Positions 27,418 to 41,884 are shown, counted from the first letter of the stretch. The stretch: DNA of 64,000 nucleotides from Dimorphilus gyrociliatus (GCA_904063045.1 CAJFCJ010000023.1:682001-746000); one strand, 5' to 3'. Numbers and translations are program-made. Notes: generated from the letters alone by a model not told the origin.

Positions 27418-29510
27418 CTTGTAGTATTTAGCAGATGCCTCCCTGTATTTACTGCTTTCTATTTTATACTATATATAAATATATATAAATATATAAAAGG
27501 CTGAGTCAGGCAGGTATATTTCATCTCCTAAATATTGCTCTCTGCTAATAGTTAGATGTTGAAATTGGCTTTTAATTTGCAGTGCATTTTTCATATAATA
27601 TGGAAAGATTGCTGAATCTCTTCTTGCTGTCTATCACAAGCAGAGAGCTAAGGGGAATGAATGTGTTTTCCTACTAAGATAGAATTATAGCTTCTACATT
27701 TAGTGTTAATAAATAATAGAACAAAACGAGATAAAGGTATGTATTAATCGACTCATTCACCCTCACACACACACACACACGCAGTCTCTCTTTATTTAAA
27801 AGAAAAACTGATATTAAGACGAAGCGAGAGGAATCGATCAAGTCGATCATCTAATCTAAAGATACAAAGACAACAACTTTTTATGTACTGATTGTAATGC
27901 GAAAGGTGCCATGTATTTTCAATGTTTCCCCAACAATGTACCCACCATACTATTTCACTGTACAACACCGCAAAATTCTCCTTAATTGATTATATAGCTT
28001 ACTGAACCAGACGAACTAGTAAAATATAATTTTTCTGACGTCTCTCAGGGTCACAATTCAACCCTGTCTGATTGTCTAGACATAGTATGCTAACGATAAC
28101 AGGATTATGACTTTCCGATATGAGCGTTAATAAAAACAAAAAATACTGTACACTCATTTTCTCACGCATGCGAGGTTTTGAATAACGCTTAAAACGAGAG
28201 TAATAAGAGTAAGATAGAAAAGATGATGGAATACAAAATGACAAAGAGATTAGTATTGTCAAGTAACTAATTGTAAGAATAGGCTGAAGTGAAAAGTTGA
28301 TAGCGACGTAAAAGTAAGCGCACCATACAGAAAAGAAAAATTCTTAGTAAATTATAGACAAACGGCGTAAATGTAAAAGTTTGCATTTTCAATCCATTTA
28401 AGAGAATGACTACTCATAGGATTACTAAACTGATTAATTGCCGTATACATTTTTAGATTGCGCAATACTGTTTAATCTCCACACTAGACAAGTATTTTAT
28501 ATAACAGGGACGTTAAGTATGTGTAATGGATAGCTACGCTCTTGTACGTTGTTCATAAGCCAACAAATTAAAAGGGGAGAAAAATGCTTTTTAGTTTTGT
28601 TATCAGATAAAGTTTGCTTAGTAAGCAGCAAATTTATCAAAGTAGCATCCATCCGCAGACTAGTTTCCTAGATAGGTCAAAAACGAAAACTCGGATAGAA
28701 AGACTGGAATAATTCTAGTAAAAGTGATAATTTAATTAATAAATTTGTCTGCTTATTACTCTTTATTGTTGGTTGTTATAGTAGATTTGTAGACAAACTC
28801 TCGTTTTTATTTATTACTTTCTTGTAAAATGAAACAAAACAAACAAAACATAGAAAAGAATGATAAAATAAGTGATAATTTGAATACTGGCTACACTGAT
28901 ATATTTGTATTTATGACTGAGGAATAAAACACATATGCTCTTTTATATAACTATGCAAACAGTGCATTAGAAAATACGCTCTTTTCTTTCTGCTTTATCT
29001 GCAAGGTAAGAAGAGATATCGCATACGTGTAATATATATTTTATCAACTTGGCTAAATGATAATATTTCCTGGAGAGAGTTAACGCACTTGAATTTTTTA
29101 AAGACTGACACGGAAAGAGAGAGATAGGGTCGATTAACAGTATGAGGGAGGGAGTGAGTGAGTCGGTGAGTGAGTGGGTGAGTGAGTAAGTGAGTGAGCG
29201 AATGAATGAACTGAGGAAAGAAGAAATCGAGAATGAATAGACTATGAAAATGATATGAAAAAAGAAAGGTAAAAGTTAAGTAATCGATAGGATTTTATCT
29301 TAATCAAACTAGAATACCTGGATAATATATATATATATATATATATAATATACATCAAACTAATAAAAGAATAAAGGAAAAGTTTAGGAAAGAAACTCGG
29401 CAACAGGCTTTCTATTATTAAAAAGAGAACAAGGAAGAAATAAGGCTTTTATTATATTTTTAATTAAAATAGCCAAAAGAAACAACAGCAGAAACAATAT
29501 GAAATAAATA

Positions 29511-30410
29511 CTATGTACTCTTTATGCAATGGCAAGACTTTGATTGTTTGCGACGACATAAAACTTCTCTTGCCGTGGTATTCATAGCAAAATAGACGAC
29601 AGGATTAGTAATCAAGTTTAAGCTAAATAATATCATAACAGTTGATTTGACACCAGCCGATATCGGATTGTCGTCCTTATCCAACCACATGACAATCATC
29701 GAAGGCATATAGCTAGCATTGAATAATACGAATAGAATAATGAATTGAACAGCCAATTTTGTGTGTTTCGGGTCGAGATGACTACTATTTTGTACAGCCA
29801 CTTTTACCCTGGCCCTTTTCACAGTAACGTAGATTTGACAATAAACGAAGCAGGTAACAATGTTGGGAACGGCGAAAACAGCAACAGTAACAAATATTCC
29901 GTATGGTATATTATCCTCGAAAACGAAACAGCATACGCAACTGAAGCGTAATCTAACTGGGACAAGATGGAGAAGTTGAGGTAGTGAAACAAGTAAAGAC
30001 AAATTCCATACAATTGCAATGCATATTAGGGTAGTTTTCATGGTAATTTTAGTTGAATTTCTTAAAATTGCTACATAACGGTTACAGGCAATAAAAACCA
30101 TACAAAATGATACTGCAACGGGAGGAGAGAAAGTCAAAAAAGCGAAGAATCTGCATAATAATCCATTAACGAAGAAAATTTTGAATTCTTCCATCAAAAA
30201 CAAAAATGCATTAATTGATAAATAGATATCGGCCACGAATAAATTAACAACGTACATGTTATGCGGAGTTCTCAACTTTTTGTTCACAAATATTATTAGA
30301 ATTGATAACAAATTTGTAAAAAAGCCTAATATTGAGATGATCCCATACGTAAGAGTAACATTCTGATTAATTTGCATATTCCTCACAGTGAAATTGGTTA
30401 TATTACTCAT
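29511..30410 (-). CDS. Intronless class A GPCR, melatonin-receptor-like orphan, 299 aa
   Basis: Seven hydrophobic segments from MSNITNFT (N-glycosylation sequons). Motifs: GFFTN in TM1, KKLRTPHNMYVVNLFVAD, CNRY at the DRY position, SYMP in TM6, NPVVY in TM7. Confidence 0.85.
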   Translation of the reverse strand: MSNITNFTVRNMQINQNVTLTYGIISILGFFTNLLSILIIFVNKKLRTPHNMYVVNLFVADIYLSINAFLFLMEEFKIFFVNGLLCRFFAFLTFSPPVAVSFCMVFIACNRYVAILRNSTKITMKTTLICIAIVWNLSLLVSLPQLLHLVPVRLRFSCVCCFVFEDNIPYGIFVTVAVFAVPNIVTCFVYCQIYVTVKRARVKVAVQNSSHLDPKHTKLAVQFIILFVLFNASYMPSMIVMWLDKDDNPISAGVKSTVMILFSLNLITNPVVYFAMNTTAREVLCRRKQSKSCHCIKST

Positions 30411-31878
30411 TGTGTCGTCTCTGTCTCTTTTTCGTTCTTTTTCTCCTCTCTCTCTCTCTCTCTCTCTCTCTTTCCTTTCCTCTAATCTCTCTCTTTCTCT
30501 CCTTATTTTTTGCTCTGTTTCTTTATTTTTCTTTACTCTTTCTTCCTTACTCACGTTGTCCGTCTCTCTCTCTCTCTCGCTATCTCACCTTTCACTCTCA
30601 GCCTCTCTCTTTCTCGTTCTCTCTTTCGCTCTCTATCTAGCTTTCACTCACTCTCTCCCGCTCTAATAGTAGCTTTTACTACTTACATATATACTTATAT
30701 ATATAAGATATATATATATAAGAAAATGTATGTCTGTCTTATCTTTGATAAGACGAAGGGGGTTATGTAAATAGTGGAATTAGAAGCTCGTTTATTGGTT
30801 AGCTGACTCTAGTTTTCTTTTTTGATTTTAATAGACGGCGTCTAATGAATAAAAAATATAAAATAATTATTTGTAAACGGTGTTTTTAGTTGTGTTGTTG
30901 AAATTGATTTTTGATGAGTTGTATTAATACTTTGCCCAACTAATCATATTATTTTCGTAAACAACACTTGACTTGCTTTTCATTTGCTGTCGATAAAAAC
31001 AAAAATATCCAAGTGCTTATTATAAAATACTAATATATATATATATAAATTTATTCTATACAGTATATACGTTTTGGATGGAAAGTAATCAAACTCTTTC
31101 CTTTCAAGATCTATTAAAAGGTTTATGTGAAAGTTAAAATACGGTAGAAATCATGCAATCTATAGGTTCTTATTATGTAATCTCTTAGTAGTCCGTATTT
31201 CATCCGCAAAGAGACTGAAAAGGGAGGCAAAGGGAAAGAATGGGGGTTATTCAGAATAAAACTACCGGATTAAATATCTATTTGGCTAAAGTTGACTCTC
31301 CACAGCTTTGTAAGTGGATTGATAAGGAAAGCAGGACATACTTGAGATATAAAAATACACTTATTTCTTCCTATTTTTTGCTTTCCTTTTCTTTTCATTT
31401 TCCCTTTAGAGATTATTTTAAATTATAAAAAATCCACAATCTACAATCTACAGTGTACATTGTATTTGTAATACACTGTATGTTCAGTTTACTGTATGGT
31501 TCACCCTTTTAACTCTTTCATCAAAAGTAAAAGACTTTAGACTTGGAGCTATTTCTTAAAAACTGTTTAATATATCCTTTTTGTCCTTTTCAAACGTGTC
31601 TGCTTGCTTGGAAGGCGAAAGTGTAAGGACATGATTTTTCTTTTACAGATGGCGTTCTTAGTCTTGTTTTTCTTTTTTGCAGCTTTTTCTCACACTTTCT
31701 CTCTCTTCAGACCTTTCTTTTTCTTTCTTGCTTTCTTTCTTTCTTTCTGGCTATATCTGTTTGTCTGTCTGTCCGTTTCTTTCTCCCTCCATCACTCTCT
31801 TCCTCTCGCTGTTTTCTCACTCCACTTACTTTATTACGCAAAAGCTACCTTGAATAGACATATTAATATTAACTGTAT

Positions 31879-31910
<32 letters not shown>

Positions 31911-32214
31911 AACGACATTAGTCAGAAACTTTGAAAAGAACGTTTGTAGTCGAATAAACCTAGAAATTAAACTAATAAAGTTAGTTGGCGTTTTGTTTTC
32001 GTTTATTGGAGATTTGCAGATTAAAGGATATTTGACTAATAAGGAGATGATAACAAAGTTTGGCGATGAAGAGTAGTTATCTAGAGTAATTAATTTAACG
32101 TTTGATAAGGAATGATTCTTTTGATTAGTTGGTAAATTAAGAGTTTGGTTTTACTTTAGAAGATGCTAACGCCCTTTTTAAAGAGTATAAATTACTTGGT
32201 GTGACCGATTCTAA

Positions 32215-33253
32215 ATGTCTCTTTTCAACATGGCAAATAACTCTTCTATACTTCTATACAAGTCCCTATTTTCTTCCGACACAATGTATCAAATAGTCTA
32301 CTTTTGTATTTTAGGATGTGCCGTGTTTCTAGCTTTGGTAGGAACAATTGGAAACATTCTATCTGTTCTCGTTCTCAGAAGGCCAAAGATGAGAAATACG
32401 ACTTCCGCGACTTATATGCAATGGTTGGCGGCAATTGATACTTTTCTTTTAAATTTGATTCTTGTTCCTTTTAACGTCATTCCCCTCCTGCATTTGTGGC
32501 ACGTTAGCAACTCATTTGCCAAAGGCTACGTTTGTCTGTACATCTATCCATTCTTTAATTGGCTATCCTCCGTCGAGCCGTGGATTATTGTAGCTATGAC
32601 GGCTGATCGCGCAATCGTCGTTTCACTTCCCACTAAAGCCAAATCGATTTGTACGAAAAAAAGAGCAAATATTCTCTGCAGTGTCCTTCTGCTTTCCCTA
32701 ATGGTTTTTCATTTTCAAAAATACGTTACAGTCGTCGGAGCAAGGATAATAGTTATGCCTTTTAACAGATGGATGTCCATTCCCTCTTGTATTTATAGGA
32801 ACGAAATTTCAAAAGTACTTAACGGAACTGTCTTGGGTGTTCTTCAGTCACTCTCAACTGGAATATTGCCCGCCTTCTTTTTAATTATTACCAATATTAT
32901 TATTGTTTACGGATTGGCTAAAGCAGATAGGCAGAGAAGAATAATGACGTCATCAGACTCGGCCACCGAACATAATTCCAAGTATGGGCAATAAAGAAAT
33001 AATGCACATAATTTTTTCTAGAACGAATCAATTTCTTTTTACGAGAGAGATTCTTTTTCTTTTACCATAAAGCTTATACGAAAATATGGAGACTGTATCT
33101 CCAAAGCAGAGTACAGTATACTCTATATAAAGTATTCATGAACATGTATAGTTTACCTTTACACGCCTGTAAAATTGCTTATAACCTATTCCTAGTCATG
33201 TAAAGGTAAGTTAAACAGACATTTACTTCACTTTATAATTATTTAATGATTTC

Positions 33254-33302
<49 letters not shown>

Positions 33303-33655
33303 TATATCTTTGCATTCATTTTGCTCATACTTGAAGACAAATAGCCATAATGTTGATCTCTGTTTCAATTCTTTTTTGGTTCACTTACCTCCCAGTTGCC
33401 GTATGGTTTTTATACTTTAAGGCACTAGGTTATATGGATGCGTCGGCTCATCCAGAAGATTTGGAATTTGCCAAAATGGGTCATACAATTTTAACGCTCA
33501 TCAGTTTTGCAAATACGGCCGGAAATTTCTTCTTATATTGCTTAACTGGTCAAAGATTCCGGCAAGAGCTTGGCGAAATGTTGGGTATAAAGCGTAATTC
33601 AAAGGTAAAAGAGGTTGGTAACTCTTCAGTAAAAACAGTTTCTCAAAAATTATAA
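32215..33655 (+). CDS. Class A peptide GPCR (FMRFamide/sex-peptide-receptor-like group), ~361 aa
   Basis: join(32215..32981,33337..33655), phase 2. Motifs: GTIGNILS, LAAID, AMTADRA, TYLP, ANTAGNFFLYCLTGQRFRQEL. The start could be the second Met (32230). Confidence 0.88.
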
Positions 33656-34783
33656 CCACAAATCGAATCCACATCACATTCCTTTATCATTGTACTGGAA
33701 AACTCATTACCTCAACTGTTCCACAAATGAATTAATAATCTATTAGACATATGAAAAAAAGCAAGCTTCTACTGGTGACTGACTTGTGGCAGAAACTATC
33801 ATAGCCTCAACTAACAGATGGAAGGGAAACGAAAGAAACGATCGACCACAAAAGGAAGTTTTCTTTTTACTTTTTCATTTGCGTATGTATAAGCTATTAA
33901 TAGAAGATATAAGCTTTCTTTTAACGATCGACTGACTGTTTTATCATTATCACATCAAAGTGCATATTCTCACGATTTCCCCCTATACACAATTCCACAT
34001 CCCATGCGATAGAACTTACCGCCAGAAACTATCCAACTCTAAATGAATCAAGTCATCACTTTTATTTATTCACAGTGTTCAAGTTTCTTAAAGATTTTAG
34101 ATCTATCGTTGTTATTAATATCATTACCAAGAGTTAACAGTCTCGGATAAATCATTACACCACTTACAGTCATTCATTCTTATCGGTTATCAACGCTATT
34201 TATCTGTCCTTCCGTCCCTTTTCCTCTTTTATTTTACTTTTTTTCCCTTTCTGCTTGTCTGCCTATCTCTATAGCTGCCCGTCAAACAGACAGACAGACA
34301 GTGAGTGAGTCAGTCGTTCTTTCTTTCAATCTCTCTATTTCCATCCTCACATAAAATTTTCCATCCTCCTTCTCCTCCTCGTCTAGTTTCTCCGTCTATA
34401 ATTTGTGAATTGCTACACCCTTTCTCACTTTTCTAAATAATAAATTTGATCCTTTTGTTCTGAAATTATACTAAATTTCTTTCATTATTCGCTTATTGCA
34501 TTCACTATGAAATAATTTGGACTAGCTGGTGTAATGGATTTTCTGTTAAACTATATATACTTTGACTTATTCTGTCCTTGTAAAGTTGAAATCAATAAAC
34601 TATTAACATATAAAGATTTAGACAAAATACTTTACTTCTCTCTCCCTCTAATTCTCCTCCTCTCTCTCTTTCTCTCTCTTTAATACAAAACTTTCATATT
34701 TCTTTCATATAAAAAAGTAATTTAATTCAAAAATGACTGAATAAAACAAATTCGGAAACGATAGTAACATAGTAATTGTATAA

Positions 34784-34864
34784 GTCACGTGACAAAGCGT
34801 ATTAAATTAATTCGGACAAATTGATTATTTCCGACGACAGTAATTTACTTCACAACCACGTGAT
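34784..34864. promoter_or_regulatory. Paired E-boxes: palindromic GTCACGTGAC and CACGTGAT
   Basis: Perfect 10-bp palindrome at 34784-34793 and a second CACGTG at 34857-34862. No target gene assigned. Confidence 0.3.
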
Positions 34865-35141
34865 TACAGTCGAACATCTTCGGATTCTATAAGTTCATCT
34901 CCTTCTTTCGAACTTTCAAGAGTTTGCGTACTGATAGAAGTTGCTGCACTATTTTGAATCTGGTAGGTTTGAGTATATGTGGTATGCTTCCGCCTTTGTA
35001 GTTCCATGTCACCTGAACACAAAGTTGAAAAGTAGAGAAATCAATATGAAATCAGCTTTAAAACTCTTTAACCTATATACAATTGAAAGGAGAAAAAATA
35101 AAAGATTCAATATTTTGAAAAGTTCTTAGTCAATTATTCAA

Positions 35142-38100
35142 TTAATGCTTTTCAATTAGGAACTTTGAACGATAATACAATAAAAGACGAGAGGTAGGCA
35201 TATGAGTAGCATAGTTAGTCAGTTGATCATGGTAGTCTAAAAGAGACAAATGCATACATTGCTCTTTGGTTTGTTTCTCTTTTTCCCCTCTCGTACGCAT
35301 AGATACAAACACACCGTCGATTGTATGCATGTACTAATATTTTATTTATACTAACACAATAACATCATTATCAGACAGTAATTTTTAATTGTCGAACTTT
35401 ATCTGATAAAAATTCAAGACACGGCAGTCAATAGAGAATTGGTCAATCTACTAACGTGTACTTATTTTAATGAGGGAGCTTTTTGAAAGAAAAAAATAAC
35501 ACACAATTATTGAACTCCTATCATCTAGTTCTTCTCTTTTTCTCTTCAATTTACGGACAATGAATCAGAATTAATTAGTCTTACTATTATAAAGGTGGCG
35601 TAGAAATGAGTGGATTTTTAACCTCTTGGCATAAAATTGTAAGTGTGTACCGCAATGAGTACAGGGGCATTGGATTTCCTGACGTTCTCTTCCTACCTAA
35701 TCTCTTTGTTAGGCTTATAAATATCAGTTAAAAATTGAAAAAATTAGAAAGGATTAGTTGTAGAATATTCCTTTCTCTTTCCCAAATTATATTTATTTCC
35801 TATCCGAATAAATGGATTAAATTGATTAATAAATTGACTAATTAATTAACTAATTTGTTGATTACTTGGCGAGTAGACTACTGATAGGAAAAGAATACAT
35901 ACCGTCGCTAAATCGAAGACGATCTTCTGCCAGATGGTCCATTTTTGCAGCAGTTGGAGCTGATTTGATTAGCCTGGAAACAGTCTGTTTTACGTTTCTC
36001 TCCGGTCTTATAATGATTATATACATCTTTGGTGCAAATAAACATACGAGGGTTACTGTAGCCGACAAAGATACAGAAAATGCTGTCGTTATCAATCGAA
36101 CGCTTATGTTAGCAGAAGTCGATGCATAGATTGGAACAAAAGCTAACCATATGATACAAATTGTATACATTGTAAAACCGATGTGCTTGCTTTCGTTAAA
36201 TGCCTCAGGTATGTTTCTAGTAAGAATTGCATAGATTGTGCAGATAACAACTAAGAACATGGGGTAAATTAAGCCTATAATAAAGCTAAAACCTACAGCC
36301 GATTCGCAAACTAATTGGTTAGAGGCTCTTGTGGGATAATAGTGCCTAATGTTAGGTGGGGAGAAAACCAACCAGATTGTACTTATAATAATTTGAACAA
36401 ATATTAAAACTGTACAAATAAGGATTTGAGAGACCGGTGAAATAAACTTTGGTCTCCTCGAAGTCCTTCTTCCAGCGCTGAATATCCTATATATTCTGTT
36501 GGTTTTAGTCAATAGAGCCGAGTAGGAGAGACTAAAGCTGAAACCAACCGCAAATTTTTGAACTGCGCAAATAATCTTTGTTGGTTTTAAAAGAAGAATG
36601 AAGCTAATGAAATAGCACAACAAGAGGCCCAGCAGTAGCATAGATGATAGTTCTCTTCCGGAAGCTATTAGTTAAAAGGTCATTAATCGTTATTTGTCTT
36701 TTAAATATTTTTCCATGAGAGGAGAATCTGCTGTACAGCCGACTTCACCTTTGTAAAGCCGTCTGACATTCCCTCCCTAACACAAAAGACGCACACGCCC
36801 GCACTCTTATTCTCGTTTTCTTCTTTAAGAAGAAAGGGAACTTAAGAAGAATTTTTTATCATATTCCTTTTATAAACCTCTTGTATAAGAGAAGGGTGAA
36901 CTTTTAAAAGAACGTAATAAAATTTAAGGATAATTAGCTTTTCTGCTGAAAATTAAAGGCTAGATAATAGATTTATAGGAAAATAGCTCTCTCTCTCTCT
37001 TTGTCTTACTGCTTTATAAATATAATATCCTGATTAATGACCTTTTACAACAGCCGTATCCCATCTCCTGCAAAAAACAGCCATCACAAATAACGTTGTA
37101 ATTATTCCAATAGACGCCAAACAGGCGGCAGATAGAGCTCCGGGTGAAAAGAATTTTAGGTATTCAAGAGGAAGCTCCTGACAAACTTTCAAATCTCCAG
37201 ATGGTATTGTCCCTTCAGGGCACAGTAGACATTCGTATTCCGTTGGACGAATATGCCATTTAGGGCACTTTGTACAAGTCCAGCAACAGATGACAGATCC
37301 CACTTCTTGTTTGATTTCGTTAAATTCGCATGGTGGAGAGCAACGACTCGGGGGATAATCAGTCTGATTAAGGCGGAATTGAAGATTTGAGCGATTGATC
37401 TGTAGCAAAGGAATAGATGTGCGTATGAGTAAGAAAAAGCTAATCAAAGTGTTATCATTAAGTGTAAAAATTAGGAGACGCGAAAAGTTTACTAATCGCG
37501 AACTCGGCGAATAATTTGGCATTCTACTCGAATATTTGGCCTATTATTGGACGAAACGAGAGAAGGAAGGATAGAGAAGGAGGGAGAGAAAGAGAAAAGG
37601 AAAGAGAGAGAGTATCTCTGAAGAAATTACTGTCCGATAATATATGGTCTTTAATAACATTATAAAAATTACAAGTAAATCTGTCGATAACTAGGTTGTC
37701 AAGAGATAAAATTTATGTGGTATAATATAAGAACTATATACAGTCTATACTGTATATACCGTTTAATGAGTAGATATCCTGTATAGCATTTAATCTTAGA
37801 TTCTACTCTTTTTGGATTATAGGTTAAATTGCTAATTATCATTTATCTCTGCCTTTAACTCAACAGAAATCAACTTTCTGAGCTTTCTGACCTCATTATA
37901 CAAACCTTTAAGCCATTTCCCTCGTGAACTCCAACTGTATGCCAACCGAAACTACCTGGAGAAGTTTGCTTATAGTGAAGGATTCTGTATCTGGGAGGTC
38001 CGTCTCCGTTGGGTAGAAAGTTGAAACTCAGCCCAGAGAGACCGGTAAAATTCACTTTTAGTAGATAAGACTTAAGCAATTCACCGTCGTACGGATCCAT

Positions 38101-41100
38101 TTCCTTACAAAGCCCCTTTTCCTTACAGTAATCCGCTTGCATATTCTGTACAAGAATAATTATATACATTTGATGGAGAACGTTAGTAAAATAACGATGC
38201 TACTTAACCCTTAAAGCGACCGCAAAAGCCATTACCGAATCGCTAACGAATTGCAGTTGAGCTTCGGCCACATAACCGTTTTCCTTGCTGGGCACTTCAT
38301 CTCCAGTGCAAATTTTACTATAATTTCTATTGAAGGGTGTACTGTAACTGCGTAGGGAATAACTCTTTTTTTAATTTGTCTATTACAGTACACAACAACT
38401 ACGATTGATTTGCTATAGCTACTGGCACTGTTTTCATGATTATACTTAATCTTATAAATAGGATATACAGAATAGTTGGATGATGATTTTCCTTATTTCT
38501 TCTATGCTCATTAACTCGTGCATTCGCTCATTCGCTTCATTCGTTCATTCATTTGCACTTTTACAGGTTTTTTGGCAACATCAACTAATCGGTCAAGGCT
38601 ACGAAACGACTCGATTCGGCTTTCTAAAATTATCAAAAGTATCAGATAAGGCTATCTTTAGAGTAGCGTTTGCTTGTTTCCATTTTGCGGTTTATTTTTG
38701 AATTGTGCATGTATAATACTGACGAAATATTCAAAGAACGATAACTATTCTCCTTCCAGACGATTATCAGCATTTGACCATCTAAATTGGCCAAATATAT
38801 TTTGGTATACATTGCTATGGAGAGGAGAGAGGAAAATAATCAAATTCGTTGTTTACAGTGCACGGCATCCTATATTATTCATTTAACTATTTAGTAATAA
38901 GGCGTAACTGTATCGTCAACCTGGGAAATAATATGTAACAATGATCGGTTAACAGAAACAGGAGAGGGTTAAACACATATTATCATTAATAATTAAAAAG
39001 ATAAGGATTAAAGTTGAATTTGATTTTTTTTGCAGCAAAGTTTTACTGCCGGCCCATTCACCCCACTGTTGCATCCCCTTTCGTTTCTATGTAATTACCC
39101 GATAAAACAGAGAAGTGAAAAATTTAATTTTTTAATGCAGGTTTATTGTTAAAAAGTTGGAAAATTTAATAGTTTTCCTTCTTCCGGTTAATTATCTAAA
39201 AGAGAAATGTATTTTAACGATAAAATCCATTATTTTTTCAATTTACTCTCTCATTGAAAATGGAGAAGAAGAGGATAAAATGGAGGAAAGATTCTATTAT
39301 ATTTGATAAAGTTTGTTGAAGAATTTTATTGAAAAACGAAGAAAAGAAAGAGACGAGAAACAGGTGAAGAAGAGAATTGACTGATTGAAATAATCAATCT
39401 TTTACGGTTGGCTAAATCTTCAATTTTTGTAAATATTCACCTAACCAGAAAGGAAATATGTTATTGACTTGATATAGAAGAGTAACGAAAAGGAGAGGAA
39501 ACAACAAGGCAATACTAGAGTTTGTCAGTTATATTACCTTTGCTACATCTTACAATTATAATTCATTATTTCATGTTTCTTGCTCTTTGTTCGCCTAACA
39601 AAGTAATAATAAAAAATACTAAAAAAAGACTAAAATCCTATATACATTAACTGTAAATATTATTAATGATTATGTGTGAGTTTCTTCTTCTTCTTGGTAT
39701 AGTTTCTCTTTTTTTCCGCTTTCTTTCCTCCTTCCCCTCTCCTCCCTCCTCACTCCCTCTTTTCACGCCCAAAAGAAATAATTCGTTTGCCTTTATTAAT
39801 TTGATGTTATGGAGGAAAGATCACGTAAAGTTCGTGATAGAACAATGGACAATAGAAATGCAATTTTCCATAATTTTCTGATTTTACGCACGTGCTTTTA
39901 CTGGCAAATTAATCTTTCAATATGCAGACGGATAGAAAGTAGCCATACAAAATTAATCAATAGACATTTTAGCTAATTTTTTATATTGCCTCTGACTATA
40001 CTATACACTTTTATATTTCTATTATGCCCCTCTTCTAATCAGCAAGTTTACACGAATTGAAAGACACGGATAGTTTGCCGAAAGGTTTATCAGAAAATTG
40101 CTTTTGTCTTCTCTTCTTTTTTAATTTTACGCCAATCGTCTCGAGGATTTAAAAACAGAGAGGCTAGTAAAGAGATATTTTCTATCCTCTTCTAACTCTT
40201 CAAGGTTTGTAACAAACTCGTAAAGATGCTCTTTCTCCTCTCCCACAAACGATACTACACCTATTGCATAATAAATATACCGGAAATTGATATCGTCCTT
40301 TCTGTGTCGTTTATGTACAGCGTACGTTATACATTTATTCGTTGTATTCTTTAGTTCACCAACCATCCCCATCCATCAAAATAGAACGTCACATATTCGG
40401 AAATGTTGCGATAGCTACTTTGTATTTTAAGTAAAGTATTCATGCATCTTTAATGAAGATATTTTATAAAGAAAACTCATCCTGTTGTGCTTTAGTACTT
40501 TTTATTACTGCTAATTGCTTAGATTGATGTTAGATGTCTCTGCCTACTTAATAATATGTTTTTCGTCGTGAAACCAAAGGGTCTATCAATCTTCATAATT
40601 GGAACACCTGAATGGCTTGATGAATATACAAAGTCACGGTTTTCGTCTCTCTCTCTCCCTCTTGCACACACACACACTTTTAATCGTAAGAAATACATAA
40701 TTTCCCGCCACTTTTATACCCCCTCATATCGAGAGGTCTAAAGGAGAAAGATCAGTACCAAATTTAACCGAGTTTGTGACAAAACCTGCATAAACTTTCA
40801 TTCTGCCCAAAATCCTTCGTGCCTAAACAAACCTTGTTATAGATGCTTTCTTCTTTAAGCTGGATTGTCGGCCTTTTTCTGTTCTTGTCGTACTTTGTAC
40901 AGTATATATAATGCATATATTCTAGTGTATATTATTCGCTACATACAGTATGCTCTTTTTAATCTATCCGCTATTTTGATCGCCTAGAGGTAGTTTAAAA
41001 AATAATTAAGGTATGTTATTATTATCCATATTGAATAACCGTTGCGTTCCAATAATTATTGTTTAATAAACAAATCATGGAAAGAAATGCTTGATTAAGG

Positions 41101-41809
41101 TGCACACTAGTGAGAAGCACAAACATGTTTAAAGATCTCATTAGATAACATAATATCTACATACAATAAGAAGCAATTCATCTTTTGGTATTGTTAAACG
41201 ATTCTGGTTAAAAGATAATCTATACAATCTATATAAAGGGAACAGAAAGAGTGTCCTTAATTCAGAAACGTCATTTTTAGCGTTAGATGCTGAATAGATA
41301 AATCTCTTTTCGGTTAAACTGCCTATCACTTTAAACGAAAAGAGTAAGTAGTATTATTGTTAAGTTTTCAAACAGACAATGAGAGAGTAACACTAACTAT
41401 CCTTCGCTTTCTCTTTAGTATTAATTAAACGACAAATAATAGATAATATGAAATAATTCTTTGTGTTATAATTTATTATTAGCCACTAAATCACGATTTT
41501 GAAATACGATCTAATTTTCTATTTATTATTCTATGTACATAGTTACTGTTTAAGGTCTACATTTGCATGTCAATAAATATATATGTATTGTATATAATGT
41601 ACACAGTATATAAAGTGTATGTAGATAACGTGTACATAGTATACGATAGGTATGTACTCTATGTTATGTAACAAACAGTATGATGTTATAATTTACTCTC
41701 TTTAAACATTGTAGAAGTCTTATTTACGTTAATTCTCGTCAAAAATTTTCATTCTCAAGGTTTCCGACTAAATATATACTATATATTTATATATATATAA
41801 TCTCTTGCT

Positions 41810-41884
<75 letters not shown>

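Noticed and set aside
29511-30410. Opsin identity for the intronless GPCR
   Set aside because: The position equivalent to rhodopsin K296 (six residues before NP in TM7) is Ser, not Lys.
30411-30554. 48-aa N-terminal extension of the GPCR in the ORF track (MSKEERVKK...ERERER)
   Set aside because: It is a translation of a (GA)n microsatellite from a non-ATG start. The ATG at 30410, followed by glycosylation sequons, is the natural start.
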